NCBI RefSeq assembly: GCF_964204645.1 | Contig: NC_134034.1 | Coordinates: forward strand, 6,918,914 to 6,982,913 | From: Tubulanus polymorphus | Lineage: Eukaryota; Animalia; Nemertea | Direction of reading: 5' to 3' | DNA length: 64,000 nucleotides | Part shown: piece after piece, positions 1 to 13,945 of the stretch | How positions within the stretch are numbered: the first letter of the stretch is position 1 | Layout: each line of letters begins with the position of its first letter | The notes under the pieces: model-generated | Told to the model about the DNA's origin: nothing | The model's database searches: none | What the model saw: only the letters and a program-made list of their open reading frames with translations | Made by a program: the position numbers and the translations under genes

Positions 1-1850
1 GTTCGAATGCGCGTTCACGACCTCTCCTCCGCACGTACGATATTCACTCTGTGAAGTCACAATACGCTGGCGGACACGGACGTCCAACCAATATAGAATA
101 CATTTAGGAATCCACTCTAGTGGAATCAGCACAATCTACACTAATGAAGAATTTGGATCAATCCACAGATCATTCAGTCTCCGACTGGTAGTACAGCACA
201 TTTTTTATAGTAGGGAGCAATTATCAATAAAAATTCTACAACCTTACAGAGCCTTAATAAAACACAGGCTCATCAAGCTACCATCTTGTCATACGTGGCA
301 AAAATCCAACCTAAATTTTCCTACGGTATCTCTATAATTACAGACTCACTTCCCTGTGGAAGATTTTAGAATAAATTCAAAACAAAACGAACTAATTCAT
401 TATTTCTACTTATATGGCAGTACGTGCCAGAACATAGGTTCTAGAGGAGCGCATTTGAACTTATTGTTTATTTAAAAGAAAAAGATAACCAGCTATCCGT
501 CACCACTTTCAGAACTGCTTGCCTGGCAATCGCGTGATACTGATGGTGGCAACCAGCTTGCCAATGACATGGGCTGTTTCGGAAGCTTTTTCAATGGTGC
601 AAATGGAAGTACCACTAAATAAACATTTCAAGAACTGATGCAGCCATAAGAACAGTTGGAATATACTCTTTCATATTACCTCTGTTATGGTATACTTCCG
701 AAATCTTTCCAATTCCAGATAAATATATAAAAATCTTTGAACCAAAAATTATCAATTTTCTATGGGACAATGGAAAACGCCTTGTCGGTACATAATACAC
801 AAAATAATCCAACACGGAGGCCTCGACATACGCAGCACCAAATACAGACAACAAACACAGGCAATTAAGACGATCATTAACCATGCTCTAAAACCTACAC
901 ACTGGAAACCACTAATGAACTGCAATCTGCATAAATACCTCAGCCCAGGCTGGAATACTTCAAACATCATTCACAATGAAATACCAAAAAACTCATTACA
1001 AACGACTACTACAGACATGTATTAAAATTATGGTCAGTTTTCCAACAACATCTAGTTCCAACTGAAACCATTACCGAAATTCTGCAAAAACCTATTTTTG
1101 CCAACCCAAAAATTAGGCTCAAAAAGAAAAGCGATGTCACAGAATACATACATCACGGTATAATCAATCTACGACATCTATTCGATAATCGTGGCAACTT
1201 CAAAGCACTTAACGAAACTCCATTATCAAATAGATTTAAACACACATCTATATACAATGCGATACCGCAACATTGGAAACTAATTCGATCTGACTGAATT
1301 TTAGACCCTGATGAATTACCAAAAATCTATGTACAATTTGGTAATATAGATTGTACTATAGGAAAACTTTTATCATCTCAAATTTATAGAATTCTATTAT
1401 TAAAAAATCTCCATCAAATCACACCGATTGGGCAAACTAAAATTACTGAAATGTTAGATTCTGATCTGAACTGGCTGGAAATTTGGAATGAAGTTTATAA
1501 TAAACATATAGATAGTTGATTTAGTGATATTCATTTGAAATTACTACATAATACTCTTGCAACAGCTTCAAAATTAGTACTTTGGAAAATAAAAACTGAT
1601 CCAAATTGTAAAATTTGTGGACGCGCGGCAACGAATGACCATGTAGTATGCTCATGCACAGAAGCACAGCAATTAGAAAATAAAACAAAAAAAAGAAAGA
1701 AAAAAAAAGAACAGTTGGAATCGCTTCTTTTCCGTTGCTGCAATACATTTTGCATTATGATAGATGCTTCAGTAATTTCGATTAACATATCGCGGGTGTC
1801 TAAAATCTTTCTTGAGGCACCCATTACAGGCTATATATTTTGAGATTAAC
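1..1850 (+). mobile_element. Decayed L1/Tx1-clade LINE, 3' part of ORF2
   Basis: Frameshifted fragments PIPDKYIKIFEPKIINFLWDNGKRLV and QHGGLDIRS, then a zf-RVT-like motif LLHNTLATASKLVLWKIKTDPNCKICGRAATNDHVVCSC (1535-1660). Confidence 0.75.
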
Positions 1851-2490
1851 ATATAAAAACCGAATATTTTAGTGTATTATATGAGCTCATGATATATTTG
1901 GTTATGATTTGTGATTAGATACAGCATCTATGAACATACATGTCCTCCATTTTAAGGGAGTGAGAAGTATCATGGAAAACCTTATCCTAAATATAACAGC
2001 CTAAATCTTAACTGTTTATTTTATAGAAATGACGCATTTATTGAAATAATTACTGAAAATTCAAGTTATTTTAGAAATTAACTTCATGCAAATAGATAAA
2101 ACATGTTATTTTATGTATGAAGTGTTACATCTTCGAGGTTCTTTTTCAATGAAGTTCAACATTTCCTCTGGGGATAGATTGAACTATATATATAATATCT
2201 TTCCAGACTTTAAGCTCTCCATAAGATATTCTCTTCTTGCCCAAATTACTCATTAGGGCCATGTCAGCAACTGCATAATAGCCTGCTCACTTACTGCCTG
2301 TTAACTTCATCACTATGCCAATAAAACAATGACACTTTTAGCTCACTTGGGACTTAAGTATCAGCAAGCTATTGCATTCACTTTTCGTTCAATCATTTGT
2401 TCATTCATTCATTCATACATGTAACTACCCTTCTGACATATTCAGCCAAATAGCTGTCTTGGTGTGAACTATATACTTTTATCTTTTCAG

Positions 2491-2638
2491 TGGTCATTTT
2501 GGAAATTGGAATGAAGTTGACCATAATAAATTTGAGTGTATCAGGGATCAATACCCAAGAGACATGCCTAATAGGGAGCAATTATACATGGATCGTTTGC
2601 AGCGAGAATTCAGAGACTCTTTCTCCAAAACAGAGCTG
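2491..2638 (+). CDS. CCDC148: CCDC148-like coiled-coil protein, internal exon A
   Basis: Bounded by ttttcag| and |gtaagt; 148 bp (1 nt + 49 codons). Encodes GHFGNWNEVDHNKFECIRDQYPRDMPNREQLYMDRLQREF..., resembling the CCDC148 segment [22 protein letters not shown] as recalled. Splices in phase to exon B. Confidence 0.85.
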
Positions 2639-2718
2639 GTAAGTTTATAATATGTTATCTGTTTATACATGTCAATACTTTAAGTTGTTACACCAAATCA
2701 CACCAAAATTTGAAACTA

Positions 2719-4158
2719 CAGGGTGTCCCATTAATTACTATACATAAAGAAATGTCTGTCATTTCCAAACCGCTTGAGATAAATCAGCCAAATCTTCAGG
2801 AAAGATGGACTACAATAATACTTTTCGTAATATTAAATCAGTTTATTAAAATCCCATTAGTTTACAAAATATGCTCAATGTGAGAGCCTTTTGATTTTAT
2901 CACATGATTCAGTCTATTATTGAAATTTCTCAGTACGTTGCCCAGTACATCGCTGTTGATAGCGCGGATCTCTTTGCGGATGTTTCTCTTTAAATCATCG
3001 ATAGTTACTGGTTTGTTTCGGTACACGGTTTCCTTCAGATAGCCCCACAAGTAAAAATCCAGTGGATTTAGGTCAGGTGAGTATGGGGGCCAGCTGTTTG
3101 TAGTCTTCAACGATATGATTCTGTCACCAAAATGCTTGCGTAGAACATCAATCGTTTTGCGTGCCGTGTGACATGTCGCCCCATCTTGCTGGAACCACAC
3201 TTGATTGAGACTCCCTCCTTGATGTCTGCGAAGTTTTGGAATGAAGTAATGTGTCAACATCTTACGATAGCAGGCTCCATTCACAGTGACTACGCTGCCT
3301 TCTTCCTCAAAAAAGTATGGCCCAATAATGTTGGATGACCCAAGAGCACACCTGACAGTACACTTGGTGACGTGAAGCGGCTTCTCAGCAATCAAATGGG
3401 GATTCTCAGAACCCCAATATCTATAGTTCTGACTGTTGACTTGACCAGTGAGATAGAAATGGGCTTCATCACTAAACCAAATCTTCTGAAGCAATTCCGG
3501 TGATGCCTGCAGTTCTTGTGACATCCATCGCGCAAACTGACGTCTTAACACCTTGTCCTTATCTCTCACTTGCTGTCTGATTTGAATTTTGTATGGATAG
3601 AGAACCAGTTCATTGACCATAATTCTGTGGATTGATGATCTGCTTATTCCTGTTTCTGATGAAATTCTTCTAACAGATTTATAGGGGTTATCGTCCACTG
3701 CAACTCTTACTTTCTCAATAGATTCGCTGAGGTGGAGTGTTTAGGTTTCCCATTCTTCTTTCTTTGGTCTTTTACTGAGCCATTCTCTTCGAATTTCTTT
3801 ATCAGGTCATACACTGCTTTTCTGGTCGGAGCTGTTTTAGTGTTAAACTTGACTTTGAATCTTCTTAACAACTTTGAGACAGATTTATTCTCATACCACC
3901 AGCATACTATGTAGGTTTTTTCTTCCAGAGACTTAGACATGGTTTACTAGTGTTTTATTCTAATTCAGAAATACCAAAAATCACTACAACAATGTAATCA
4001 GTTGCTACGAAATCACTAAGCAAATTACCATAGCAACCACGGTAATAATCCAAAAGTACCCTTACCTTCTATCATTTGGTGGAAAATCAAAACATTTCAT
4101 TAAGAAATGTGAAGGATACAGGCAGTTCTTTATGTATAGTAATTAATGGGACACCCTG
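2719..4158 (-). mobile_element. Tc1/mariner DNA transposon, DD41D (rosa/Visitor) family, full length (1440 bp)
   Basis: Perfect 33-bp TIRs CAGGGTGTCCCATTAATTACTATACATAAAGAA at 2719-2751 and 4126-4158; TA TSD at 2717-2718 and 4159-4160. Confidence 0.95.
2862..3940 (-). pseudogene. DD41D transposase split by one frameshift near 3725
   Basis: N-terminal HTH ORF 3707..3940 plus catalytic ORF 2862..3698 with WFSDEAHF, WFQQDGATCH and SPDLNPLDFYLWG. There are 41 residues between the 2nd and 3rd Asp. Confidence 0.92.
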
Positions 4159-4164
4159 TACTTA

Positions 4165-4266
4165 ATTAGGGTTTCTGCTGCTTTCGCAGAAACTATTGTA
4201 ATTCTACTGATTATTATTATTATCATTATTATTGGGTTTCTGTTGCTTTCTCTTGTAATTCTGTTG

Positions 4267-4299
<33 letters not shown>

Positions 4300-4700
4300 A
4301 ATTTTCCACTTTCCAGCCGAAAATTTTTCATAAAATGTAACTCCGCTCAGATTCTACTACTTACAGCTAACGTAATTTTCAATTATGAAAGAAATATAAT
4401 TCAGTGCCTGACCATTTCTAATTTGTGTATAGTAATTCATTATGAATTAATTCCGCGTAATTATTGGGTCTAAACAGCAAATAAGAATGTCGCAAGCATC
4501 ATCATCCATTGATCGTATATCCCAAAAAGCCTACAAATTACCAGACGACCTTGAGCTTCAAACTCAACCGTAAATCACGGATTCGGACACGGATTAGGGC
4601 GAACATCAGTCTGGATACAATAACTACAGTGGTGCGCAACGAAACAACATGGCGGAAGGTTGAAATCATTTTCGGCTTAAATTTATCGCGAGTTTTAGGA
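4165..4700 (+). repeat. 5' end of a HINE-like non-autonomous element with an (ATT)n microsatellite
   Basis: ttagggtttctg...gcagaaac short stem followed by ATT runs at 4208-4297. The same head architecture occurs on the - strand at about 8985-9052. The right boundary is uncertain. Confidence 0.5.
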
Positions 4701-7692
4701 CTTAAATGAATTTCACGGGACCATGATCCCTAAAATGAGCCAATTGATTAATTCTATTCGTAAATCAATTGACGTTGGCTACATTCCCTGAAGATCTCTG
4801 GCTCAAATCAACGTAATATGGACAGAAATGGCAGGGTTTTTCATAAGGAATTTTACTTTTGCGTTCACTTGACGATCGATGACAACGATGACAGCAGAGT
4901 TTATGTAATTTCAGGTGAGAATCCGTTAACCCAGGGAATGTTTTATATGATTTCTTGAGTACATATGGTAGCAAATGAGCACTCGGTGAAGCAATGATAA
5001 TTGTTGGCTACCCGATATCTACAGTCTTAATGCCTAAATTTAGCTAGCTTTTTTGGGGGGGATACGCCTAGAATAGATTAAGGCCCTAAATATAGTGTGT
5101 AGAGCCAGTGAAAAGCCTATGTAGTTAGTAAGGGGCTTGTTTACACTCTGTATGACTATTCATTTTGAGTATTTTCTTTCCAGCTATTATTTGTGGAATA
5201 AACTGGTCACTACGGTCTTCAATTCCTTTGGCGTTGCAGATTCTTGCAGCTGGTGGAAATAAATTCAAACCACAGTGTGCAAGTGTACTTGACGTTTTGT
5301 GTAATTGATTTTTCAATTACCACGTTTATATTTAGATTAGTTGTGCTAAACGTACATGCAGAATTGGATTCATTGTTATTATGGGATGATAATTCATGGG
5401 CGTCAAGAGTCCTGCGACTTACCCTTGAGCTGAAGTTTATCAGAGACTTGTTTTGGAGAAAACCGAATAGCCCTTAAAACACCAATTCCACATGGCTTAA
5501 TGGTGTCTATGCTCTGCGAGACAGTAGTTATAGATTTTTAACGACAAACGCACAATTAAAATTGGTCTCCTAAGATTTCTATTATGCTTTCTTTCGCTCA
5601 TCTATAAAAGCATATAACTGAGTAGTTATTACATTTGATTGCTTAATTACAAGTGGGAAGAGGTCAGATGGCATGAAAATCGACTGTGGCTGACAAATTG
5701 ACTCGCGCAGATAAAGGGTTAAGGTTTCAAAAGATGTTGCCAATATGTTTGTATCATCAGGGGTAGACAAATTATCCGAAGATAAATGAAAACTCCACCT
5801 TGTCGATCGTCAGTTGATTTTGCTGTTATTATTTCGTCTGGATAAATCGACACATAATTGATTTCAAAGTCTGTGTTCAGTAGAATTTCTTTCAATAAAA
5901 TAAGAATCTATTTGACTAATTTTTTACTAATGTATTCAGGAGTGAATTTGAATTGATCTCAAAATCAGAGAAAGCATTCTTCAAAAATTTAGAAAATCCT
6001 AGACTCATAATCGAATTCTGTGAAGTCATTTAAGGTCTTTTGCTGGAATCAAGCCTAGGGCTCAGGTGGCTAAAATTCAATTCCTCACTGTCCTATGATG
6101 CCAAGTATGACGGAGCAATATAATGCAGCCCTGCCCGCGCGCTCCATCTGAGACATAAACAAGTTGGACTGTCTTGCTTCGATGCTTTAAAAAATGGACT
6201 CCTAGTATCCACATATCCAGCATAATGTTGACACGGGTTGCGCTTCTTGGCAATAGTCATATGTTATGGGCTAGAGATAGAATTGTTTCGATTAAATCTT
6301 CGTACACTTCCCAGTTCGACATATGAACCAGTTAGGCAGAAAACCGTTGATATATGCAGTGATAGAGAGCCCTGGTCTAGATCTGTAGTAAACAGTATTT
6401 TTATCACTTAAGGAGTCGATTGTTTTGCTATTGAAATAGGTCATTCTCGAGTGAACGCAACTGAGGAATTTTTATAGCCTTGTTTGTGCCGTATACACAA
6501 GTTAGAGAGCATCTGGCTTTAATAGTTCGCAGTTAATAGAGATCATCATATATAGGCTTTAATACTTTGAATTCGGCTAGTAACAAGAATATTGCTGAAC
6601 GAATTTACTTAAAACTTGTGTGAGATGTACGGAACAACGGTACCTTGAGGTAAGTCAAAGGGATCCTTGATTGGGAAGCCCCTTCACCCACCAGGGTGTG
6701 TTATACTTTTGAAAATTCTGACATCCAAATAGTGCTGTGTGAGAAAAATTTTTGTCTTTGAGTTTTCAGCTTCGGGCGAGCACGAAAGTTGTTCATGACA
6801 ACTCGGAGGTTAAAAAAGTCAGTGGCATGCCATACCTGCGATTAATCGTTTGGGCTCTACGGGCTCGAAAATTGGACCCCATAATTCTGTTAATGAGATT
6901 TTTTGCCCTAGCTCCTTAACCGTTGGAGATAGAATCGTGGTTGCAGTGAGTGGTCAGTAGCCTCTAACAAGACGCTTTTGTTGATGTACGTTTTAAGTAG
7001 GTAACTCATATGGCTCTCCAGTAGCGCTAAAAAGCGAATTTTCATCTATATCGACTAAGGATATCAATGGATTTCTATAAAGATTAGTACACATGTTCCT
7101 GGTTACTTAATACAACGAACCCTCCCATAATTAGTTCCTATTTTAACCACTAGGGAGCGTAAATTTTGAAAACTTATTTCAGCATCCGTTTTTTACATGT
7201 AAATGCGGTCAGTTAAATCACAAAACTTGGTATAAGTACATAGACATGTGTGTAAAATGCCAACCTGCATGATAAGTTCATACAACTGCCACCAGGGGAC
7301 TGTGAAAACAACAATTTTTGCTCCTAGCTCCTTTACCATTAGCGATAGGATAGTGGTTGGTCACTAGTCATATACGAGACTTGTTGCTGGAAATGAATTT
7401 CCATTGATATCTACTAAGCGGATAGAGGGATTTCATTGAAAACTGTTACACATGTACCTGGATATAAGATACGATGAACCCCTCACGCCATTCATTCCTT
7501 TTCTAACCACCAGGGCGCGTAAGTTGTGAAAACTAATTCTAGCATCCATTTTTACAGGCACGGTATGCTAACCAGCTAAATAAGTTCATACAACTGCCAA
7601 TAGGGAATGGTAAAAACACCGTATCTTTGTTATTCGCAAAGTTATTTTCCCTAAACTTGGTACATTAGTACTTTGCTTTGCAAAGTTATTTG

Positions 7693-9003
7693 TTATTATT
7701 ATTTTCCACACTTTTTTGTCAAAAGTACATAGGCTTTTTTACATTACCGCTGTTGCCGATACAATCCGTCTGATATCATTCAGCTCACTTCCATCTACAA
7801 AAACTCCATGCGTATTTTGAACAATCAACGTTACAAAAGCACTGTCGGGCCGTAAACATCGAAAATTGAGCCCCATTCAATGAGCCGACATGTTTTTCTT
7901 GTAACGTCGATTATCAATTCAAGCATAAATTAACAAATTTATTACCCAAAGATTGCACATTCAGTCGCGGTTTTTAAAAGCTAATTTTAACAATAGCCCA
8001 TTTTCCTCATCAAATCATATTACCGATACACAGGAAATTTACTACTTAAGATTTTAAAAGCACTGTCGAGCCATAAACATCGACGAATCGACGTGTGTCA
8101 CTACATAGTCGTTCTGGGGATCAGCTGCGAGTTTCTCCTCATCATGAGAATTTATTACTACCAGTGATTTGGCCGCGGGCTTCAATCAGTTAGTTTAAGA
8201 ATACCTATTTTTCTTTACCAAATTAACCGTGTATTTACTAAGATAAATCATTAGTGTACCGGGGCCTAAACTAAACACGCCGAAGAGATGTAGCGGAGAA
8301 AAGCTGTTGTGTCGACAAGGTATCAAAATAAAATATCTCTTCGGCGTGTTTCGTTTAGGCCTACGACTCCCCGGTACACTTATGATTTATCTTAGTAAAT
8401 ACACGGTTAATTTGATAAAGAAAAATAGGTATTTCTAAACTAACTGCATGACGCCCGCAGCCAAATCACTGGTAGTAATAAATTAATTTGTACTCGATTT
8501 GATTCTCATGATGAGGTGAAACTCGCAGCTGATCCCCGGAACGACAATGTAGTGACACACGTTGATTCGTCGATGTTTACAGCTCGACAGTGCTTTTAAA
8601 ATCTAAAGTAGTAAATTTGCTGTATATCGGTAATACGATTTGATGAGGAAAATGGGCTATTGTTAAAATTAGTTATTAAAAACCGCGACAGAATGTGCAA
8701 CCTTTGGGTAATAAATTTGTTAATTTATGCTTGAATTGATAATTGATGTGAAAAGAAACGTGCGGTAGATTTCGGAAAGAGGACTTAGAAAAACATGTCG
8801 GCTCTTTGAATGGGGCTCAATTTTCGATGTTTACGGCCCGACAGTGCTTTTGTAACGATGATTCTTCAAAATACGCACGGGGTATTTGTAGATCGAAGTG
8901 AGCTGAATGATATTAGACGGATTGTATCGACAACAGCCGCAAGGTAACAAAGCCTTTGTTCTTTTAGTAAAAATGGTGTGGAAGAAAATAATAGTAATAA
9001 TAA
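7693..9003. repeat. Long inverted repeat (foldback) with ~600-670 bp arms and a 45-bp spacer
   Basis: 7693-8289 is the reverse complement of 8335-~9003, with scattered substitutions and small indels (e.g. aaacacgccgaagagat / atctcttcggcgtgttt). Confidence 0.92.
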
Positions 9004-9289
9004 TCACGCGGATATCAATAGGGTTTTCTGTGAAATAACAGAAAACCCTAAATATATTGGTTTATTCGGCCACGGGCTTCAACCATTTATCAATACTCTA
9101 TATATCCTACTGTACATACCGATCTTTGTCAAATGCACAAGGTATTTACTAAATACAAGTATATAACACACTTCTATCCGTATGCTGGTCTCACACTTGA
9201 CATTCGGAGTAAGCGTTTGCCGTGGAGGAAAGGAGATCGTTCACTGTGTCGCTTGAAGTGTTTATTGAGGTGTACGCGGGCGTAAGGCC

Positions 9290-9642
9290 TACCGGTACTG
9301 AGCTTTACTGTCTCAAACAAACACAGTGTAATTGTTGCGTTTATTAACGGACTCATTGGATTGAACTTCAAAAAAAAATTTACGATGTTTAGGAGGGTTG
9401 TAATTCAATAGGCCAATGACCAATCTGTCCGGATGTCAGGCCTACATAGACAATAGCCTCTTCTAGGTTAAAGCTAAGTTCACTGTAAAGGAGGTATCAG
9501 ATTTAATAAAATGCATGTTAATCAGTGATTAACTGGTTCTGACAGTCACAATCATCAATTTTATTTACAAAAATGAAGATTTTTTTTGAAAATTTCGTGT
9601 GAGCAGACAGCTTTATAAGCCAAACTTTTAATTTGAGTTTTT
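9290..9642 (+). repeat. Interspersed repeat; second copy at about 14870-15347
   Basis: Shared blocks ctcaaacaaaca, ggattgaacttcaaaa, tacgatgtttaggg and gctttataa.ccaaactt in the same orientation. Confidence 0.7.
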
Positions 9643-9961
9643 ATCTCGGGCAAAGCCCGTGATGTTGTAATGGGTCCAAAAATCGAATTTTTGCTAACTA
9701 ATGAGGTTGTAATTTTGACCCAAAGTCATGCAATCTACTATTTCCAAGGAGCATTTTGTTTCATAAAATGTCCAGAAGGCTGTTGTACATTGTTAAATTG
9801 ATGTAAAATAAATGTTTCCTGCAGTTAGCTGATCTCCCGCAGTCAATCAATGTAAGGCCATATTCGATAATACGATGCAGACAAACCGGTCTATTAATCT
9901 GCTCGAACATTGGTGTGCCATTTCTTAGGATTGACTTTCTCATTTCCCAGTCATTGGACAG

Positions 9962-10970
9962 TTTTATTGTCCCCCGCGTAGGCCGCGAGCCGGGGACTTG
10001 GTATCCGCCTCCGTCCGTCCGTCCGTCCGTCCGTCATAGCATCCGTCCGTCCGCATGAGCTTGTGAACGTGATTCAAGAAGAACCATTGATCGCAGAACT
10101 ATGATATTACACAGTATGATTACCCCTAGGGAGAGGATGTGCCCTATTGATTTTGGGTTCTAAGGACCGACGGTCAAGGTCACTACAGGTCATTCATGTA
10201 AAACCTTGTGAACATGATTCAAGAAGAACCGTTGATAGCAGGACCATGATGTGACGTAGTATGATTACCCATAGGGAGAGGATGTGCCCTATTGATTTTT
10301 GGGTCCAAGTACCAAAGGTCAAGGTCACTACAGGTCATTCATGTGAAAGCTTGTGAACGTCATTCAAGACGTACCGTTGATAGCAGGACCATGATATTAC
10401 GTAATATGATTGCTCCTAGGGAGAGGATGTGCCCTATTGATTCTGGGATCAAAGGTCAAGGTCACTTCAGGTCATTCATGTGAAACCTTGTGTCGTAAAT
10501 GTGATTCAGAAAGAACTGTTGATAGCAATACAATGATATTACATCGCATGATTACCCCTAGGGTGAGGATGTGCCCTAGTGATTTTGGGGGAAAAGGTCA
10601 AGGTCACTAGATATCATTCATATAAAACCTTGTAAACACGATCCAAGAAGAACCATTGATAACAGAACAATGCTATTTCATAGTATGATTACCCCTGGGG
10701 AGAGGATGTGCATTAGTGATTTTGGAGTTCTAGGGTCAAAGGTCAAGGTTGGTAGATGTCTTTTGCCTAAAACCCTATAAACTCAATTCTTAAATAACCA
10801 TTCATAGCAGGAAAATGATATTTCATAGTATGGTTATCCCTGGATACACTCATCATTTTTCTATACCAAAGATTAGTGTCTTCGGGGGTACATTCATTCC
10901 CTACTGGCTATCGCGGGGGACAATCGAATTGGCCCAGACCCGGTGCCGCGCTGAATGACATTAGACTGTT
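9962..10970 (+). mobile_element. HINE/DINE-1/pearl-like non-autonomous element with a ~145-bp internal tandem array
   Basis: 13-bp subterminal IR attgtcccccgcg (9966-9978) / cgcgggggacaat (10912-10924); (TCCG)n microsatellite at ~10010-10053; about 5.5 tandem units (ttgtgaac at 10061, 10206, 10351...). Confidence 0.8.
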
Positions 10971-12119
10971 AGATTTTCTTTCGATTTAGCATTTTACGCA
11001 GTAAGTAATTATTTATATCGTAGAGTGCTGATGATATAGTTTACTGGATGAAGAAGTAAAGGTACACTGACATAGACCGTAAAACTATCATAAATTGTGC
11101 GTTTAATTTACAGGGCTTTCAAAATACTCGTTCAAAATAAGCAGTCGGCCATCACATCCGACTGTGAGTAAGAATCCTGCGACGGCTATGAAATATCTCG
11201 TCTCATATAATGATAATATGAAAGCTGTGATCAGTGGCTATATTTAAATGTAGGCCTACTGCAGTCAGTGTGCATCGTGTGAAAATTTGCCTCAGACGTG
11301 TGGCCTAGTTTAAGTCTCCAGGAAATTGGCTCCCTTCAAAACAACTGCCAATTATACTTGCGACTGCCTGTGTTTAAGGAGTAGTGTCTATTCAATGAAT
11401 TGTCTCATTTTGAGCACAGATGCGCAAGGTGAAAACTTTGTTCGGTGAACTCACAGAGACAATTAGTTCGGGTAGCCTAATAGCATCAATGTGCTCTTAA
11501 GCTGGCTGCTTAACCAATCAACAGTTACTGATTGCCATCACTGCAGTCAATTACACTTGCAAATCAATTAATTTGATATTTTCAAAAATCAAAATATGCA
11601 ATTTCATGTATACACTATTCCTAATTCCTGGCTATTATCACTATTATGGTGCTTTTTTTAGATAGAGAATCTGATTTAAGCATGTCCATGAAATTTCAAT
11701 AAATAAGTTTCCGTAACCTAAAGATAACTAATTATGAGATAGCTAAGTATTGCTGTGAAAAAAGCACTGTGTCATTGGTGGGGGAAAATTTTGCAACTGC
11801 TATTTCTTTGTCTGCAACTGGTATCTTTAAATCAAACTGGTGTGGTGGGTTTATAAAAAAATCAAACAAAATTTACCAACCGAATAAATAATGGCCAATC
11901 CCTATTCTAATATCAAAAGAATGGAAAACAGTGATAGGGTTTGGGGTTGACAATCGTTTTGTTATCCGATTTGTACCAGTGCACAATAAAATCTTTTATA
12001 GGCTGCGTAATCGGCATTCACTATAGGATTCACTTGTTTGTATTTTTACAATTGTGACCAGGTTAAGCGTCCCTTGCCTGTTTTATGCGTCAACGATAAT
12101 GCTTTCCATTTCCAATTTA

Positions 12120-12610
12120 CTGTGGACCTCTTTCCACATGGCCGACTTATTACTTACTTTTGACACAGGAACTCTCCGTGTACACGAAAAATCAAAAACC
12201 GCTTGCCATGATTTCATTTAATTGTTATGGTATGTGCATGTATGGTGGTATCGTGGGGAACTCTTTTGGGGAATCTATGATTCAAGATGGCCGAATTATG
12301 ACCTATTTTTGACACGTGTACGTGATAACTAAAAAATCGTTTGAGAAAATTTCATGAAATTTATATTAGATGTGTTTGATAGTATGATGTAAACCTTATT
12401 GTTTTGGGGACTTCTCCGATTCAAGATGGCCGACACCATCTACTTTTGAAAGGAACTTTCCGTATACACGATAACTCGAAACCGTTTGGGATAAATTAAT
12501 GACATTTTTATGGTATGTGTATGATAATATTAAAAGGAACTGTTTTGTTCGCGGAACTTCTCCAATTCAAGATGGCTGACTTATGACCTACTTTCTGTTC
12601 AAAATGGCAT
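12120..12610 (+). repeat. Degenerate ~140-146 bp tandem array (4 units)
   Basis: (caag)atggc[ct]ga recurs at ~12138, 12282, 12421 and 12567. Confidence 0.7.
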
Positions 12611-13374
12611 GTTTTGAACTTATTATTGTTACGCTGTCTTCTGTACTTCTTGTAGATGCTTCATCTGTTTCTACACTGCCCTGGGATTTTGTGATTAAAG
12701 CTGCGTGTATGAGCGTGCATTTTGACACAACTATGTTTATTTTCTACTTGGGTCAATAGCACGGAAATCAGGAAGTTGTGTGCGTGAACCGAAAACCGAG
12801 CATAGCAAACTCTGGTGCATTTGGCGAGTAACTTTACTGCCATATTGCCAACAGTGATGTGTACACAACTACTTATTTACACTGTTCCTATATCATCTGT
12901 TCATTAGCCCCACAATTCATTCCACATCCCAATGGTCCCACATCCGATTAGTTCAACGTCTAAATGGTCCCTCAATTTTTTTATTTGGCTTATTGCGCCC
13001 GAGATATAAAGATCCGTGGATCTCTTGCTTCATCATAAATGAAACTGGTATTTTATTAATTCCTAATGGCTTCAGCCGGGCGTAGGTAGGCCTTGCAACG
13101 GCATGCGACTCAATGCAACGTCATTCACTGTGACCGCCAGCAACAATTGTGTCGCAACGACTTATCGATCTACGCTCCCTTGCGACGGAGCAAGGAGTCG
13201 CACGTGTCCTACTTTCTGCGACGCGACACGACCGTCACAACCGACCTACGCGCTCTTGCGACTGGCAGAAACTAGTTACACACAGTCGCTGACGATTGTA
13301 TCGCAACCGACTTGCACCGAAACTTGCGATGCAAAGCGAGCATCGCAAAGCCGACCTACGTCCGGCTTTAAGTT

Positions 13375-13945
13375 ACTGCGGAGCCCCAGAAAAATCTTTA
13401 TTTTCGTTCAAAAGACCTTGCGCTCGAAAATTCTTTCGTCGGAACATAATTCTTTTCGTTCGAACCAATAATATTCCATTCGATTGAACCAATTTGAAAA
13501 AATCGTTAGAACAAAGTTGAACAAACTTTTTTTTGCCCAAATGAAAGGTTTTTCATTCGAACAATCGTTCGATCGAACAGAATCGTTTTAATTTGAACAG
13601 AATTTTCTTGTCCGAACATTAAGTTTTTCGTTCGAACAAGTATATTGTAAAAAGTTTTTTCTCCGAACCAAAAGTATGAAGTTTTTCGTTCAATCGAACA
13701 GAATGGTTTTCATTCAAACATCCGTTAGAAAAAAATTATTTTCGCTCAACCAAATCTTTTTGCCGGGATAAAAAGTTTTTTCATTTCAACAATAACATAG
13801 CTTTTTATTCGAACACATTTTTTTGTCAGAATGAAGAAAAGTTTTCGTTCAAACAAAAAGCGTATTGTTCGATCAAACAGAATTGTTTTCATTCGAAAAC
13901 AAGATTTACTTGTCGAACATTAAGTTTTTTCGTCGAACAGCGTGT
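13375..13945 (+). repeat. TTCGAAC/GATCGAAC-rich minisatellite-like MITE family; other copies at 15394-15745 (+) and ~21020-21430 (-)
   Basis: The + copies share the head ttact.cggagcccc and carry dense short motifs ttcgttcgaac and gatcgaacagaat. Confidence 0.65.

Noticed and set aside
4143-4473. Poly-Ile ORFs
   Set aside because: They are translations of the (ATT)n microsatellite.
10061-10850. Regularly spaced repeats as a CRISPR array
   Set aside because: Whole units repeat with no unique spacers, there are no cas genes, and the context is a eukaryotic intron.
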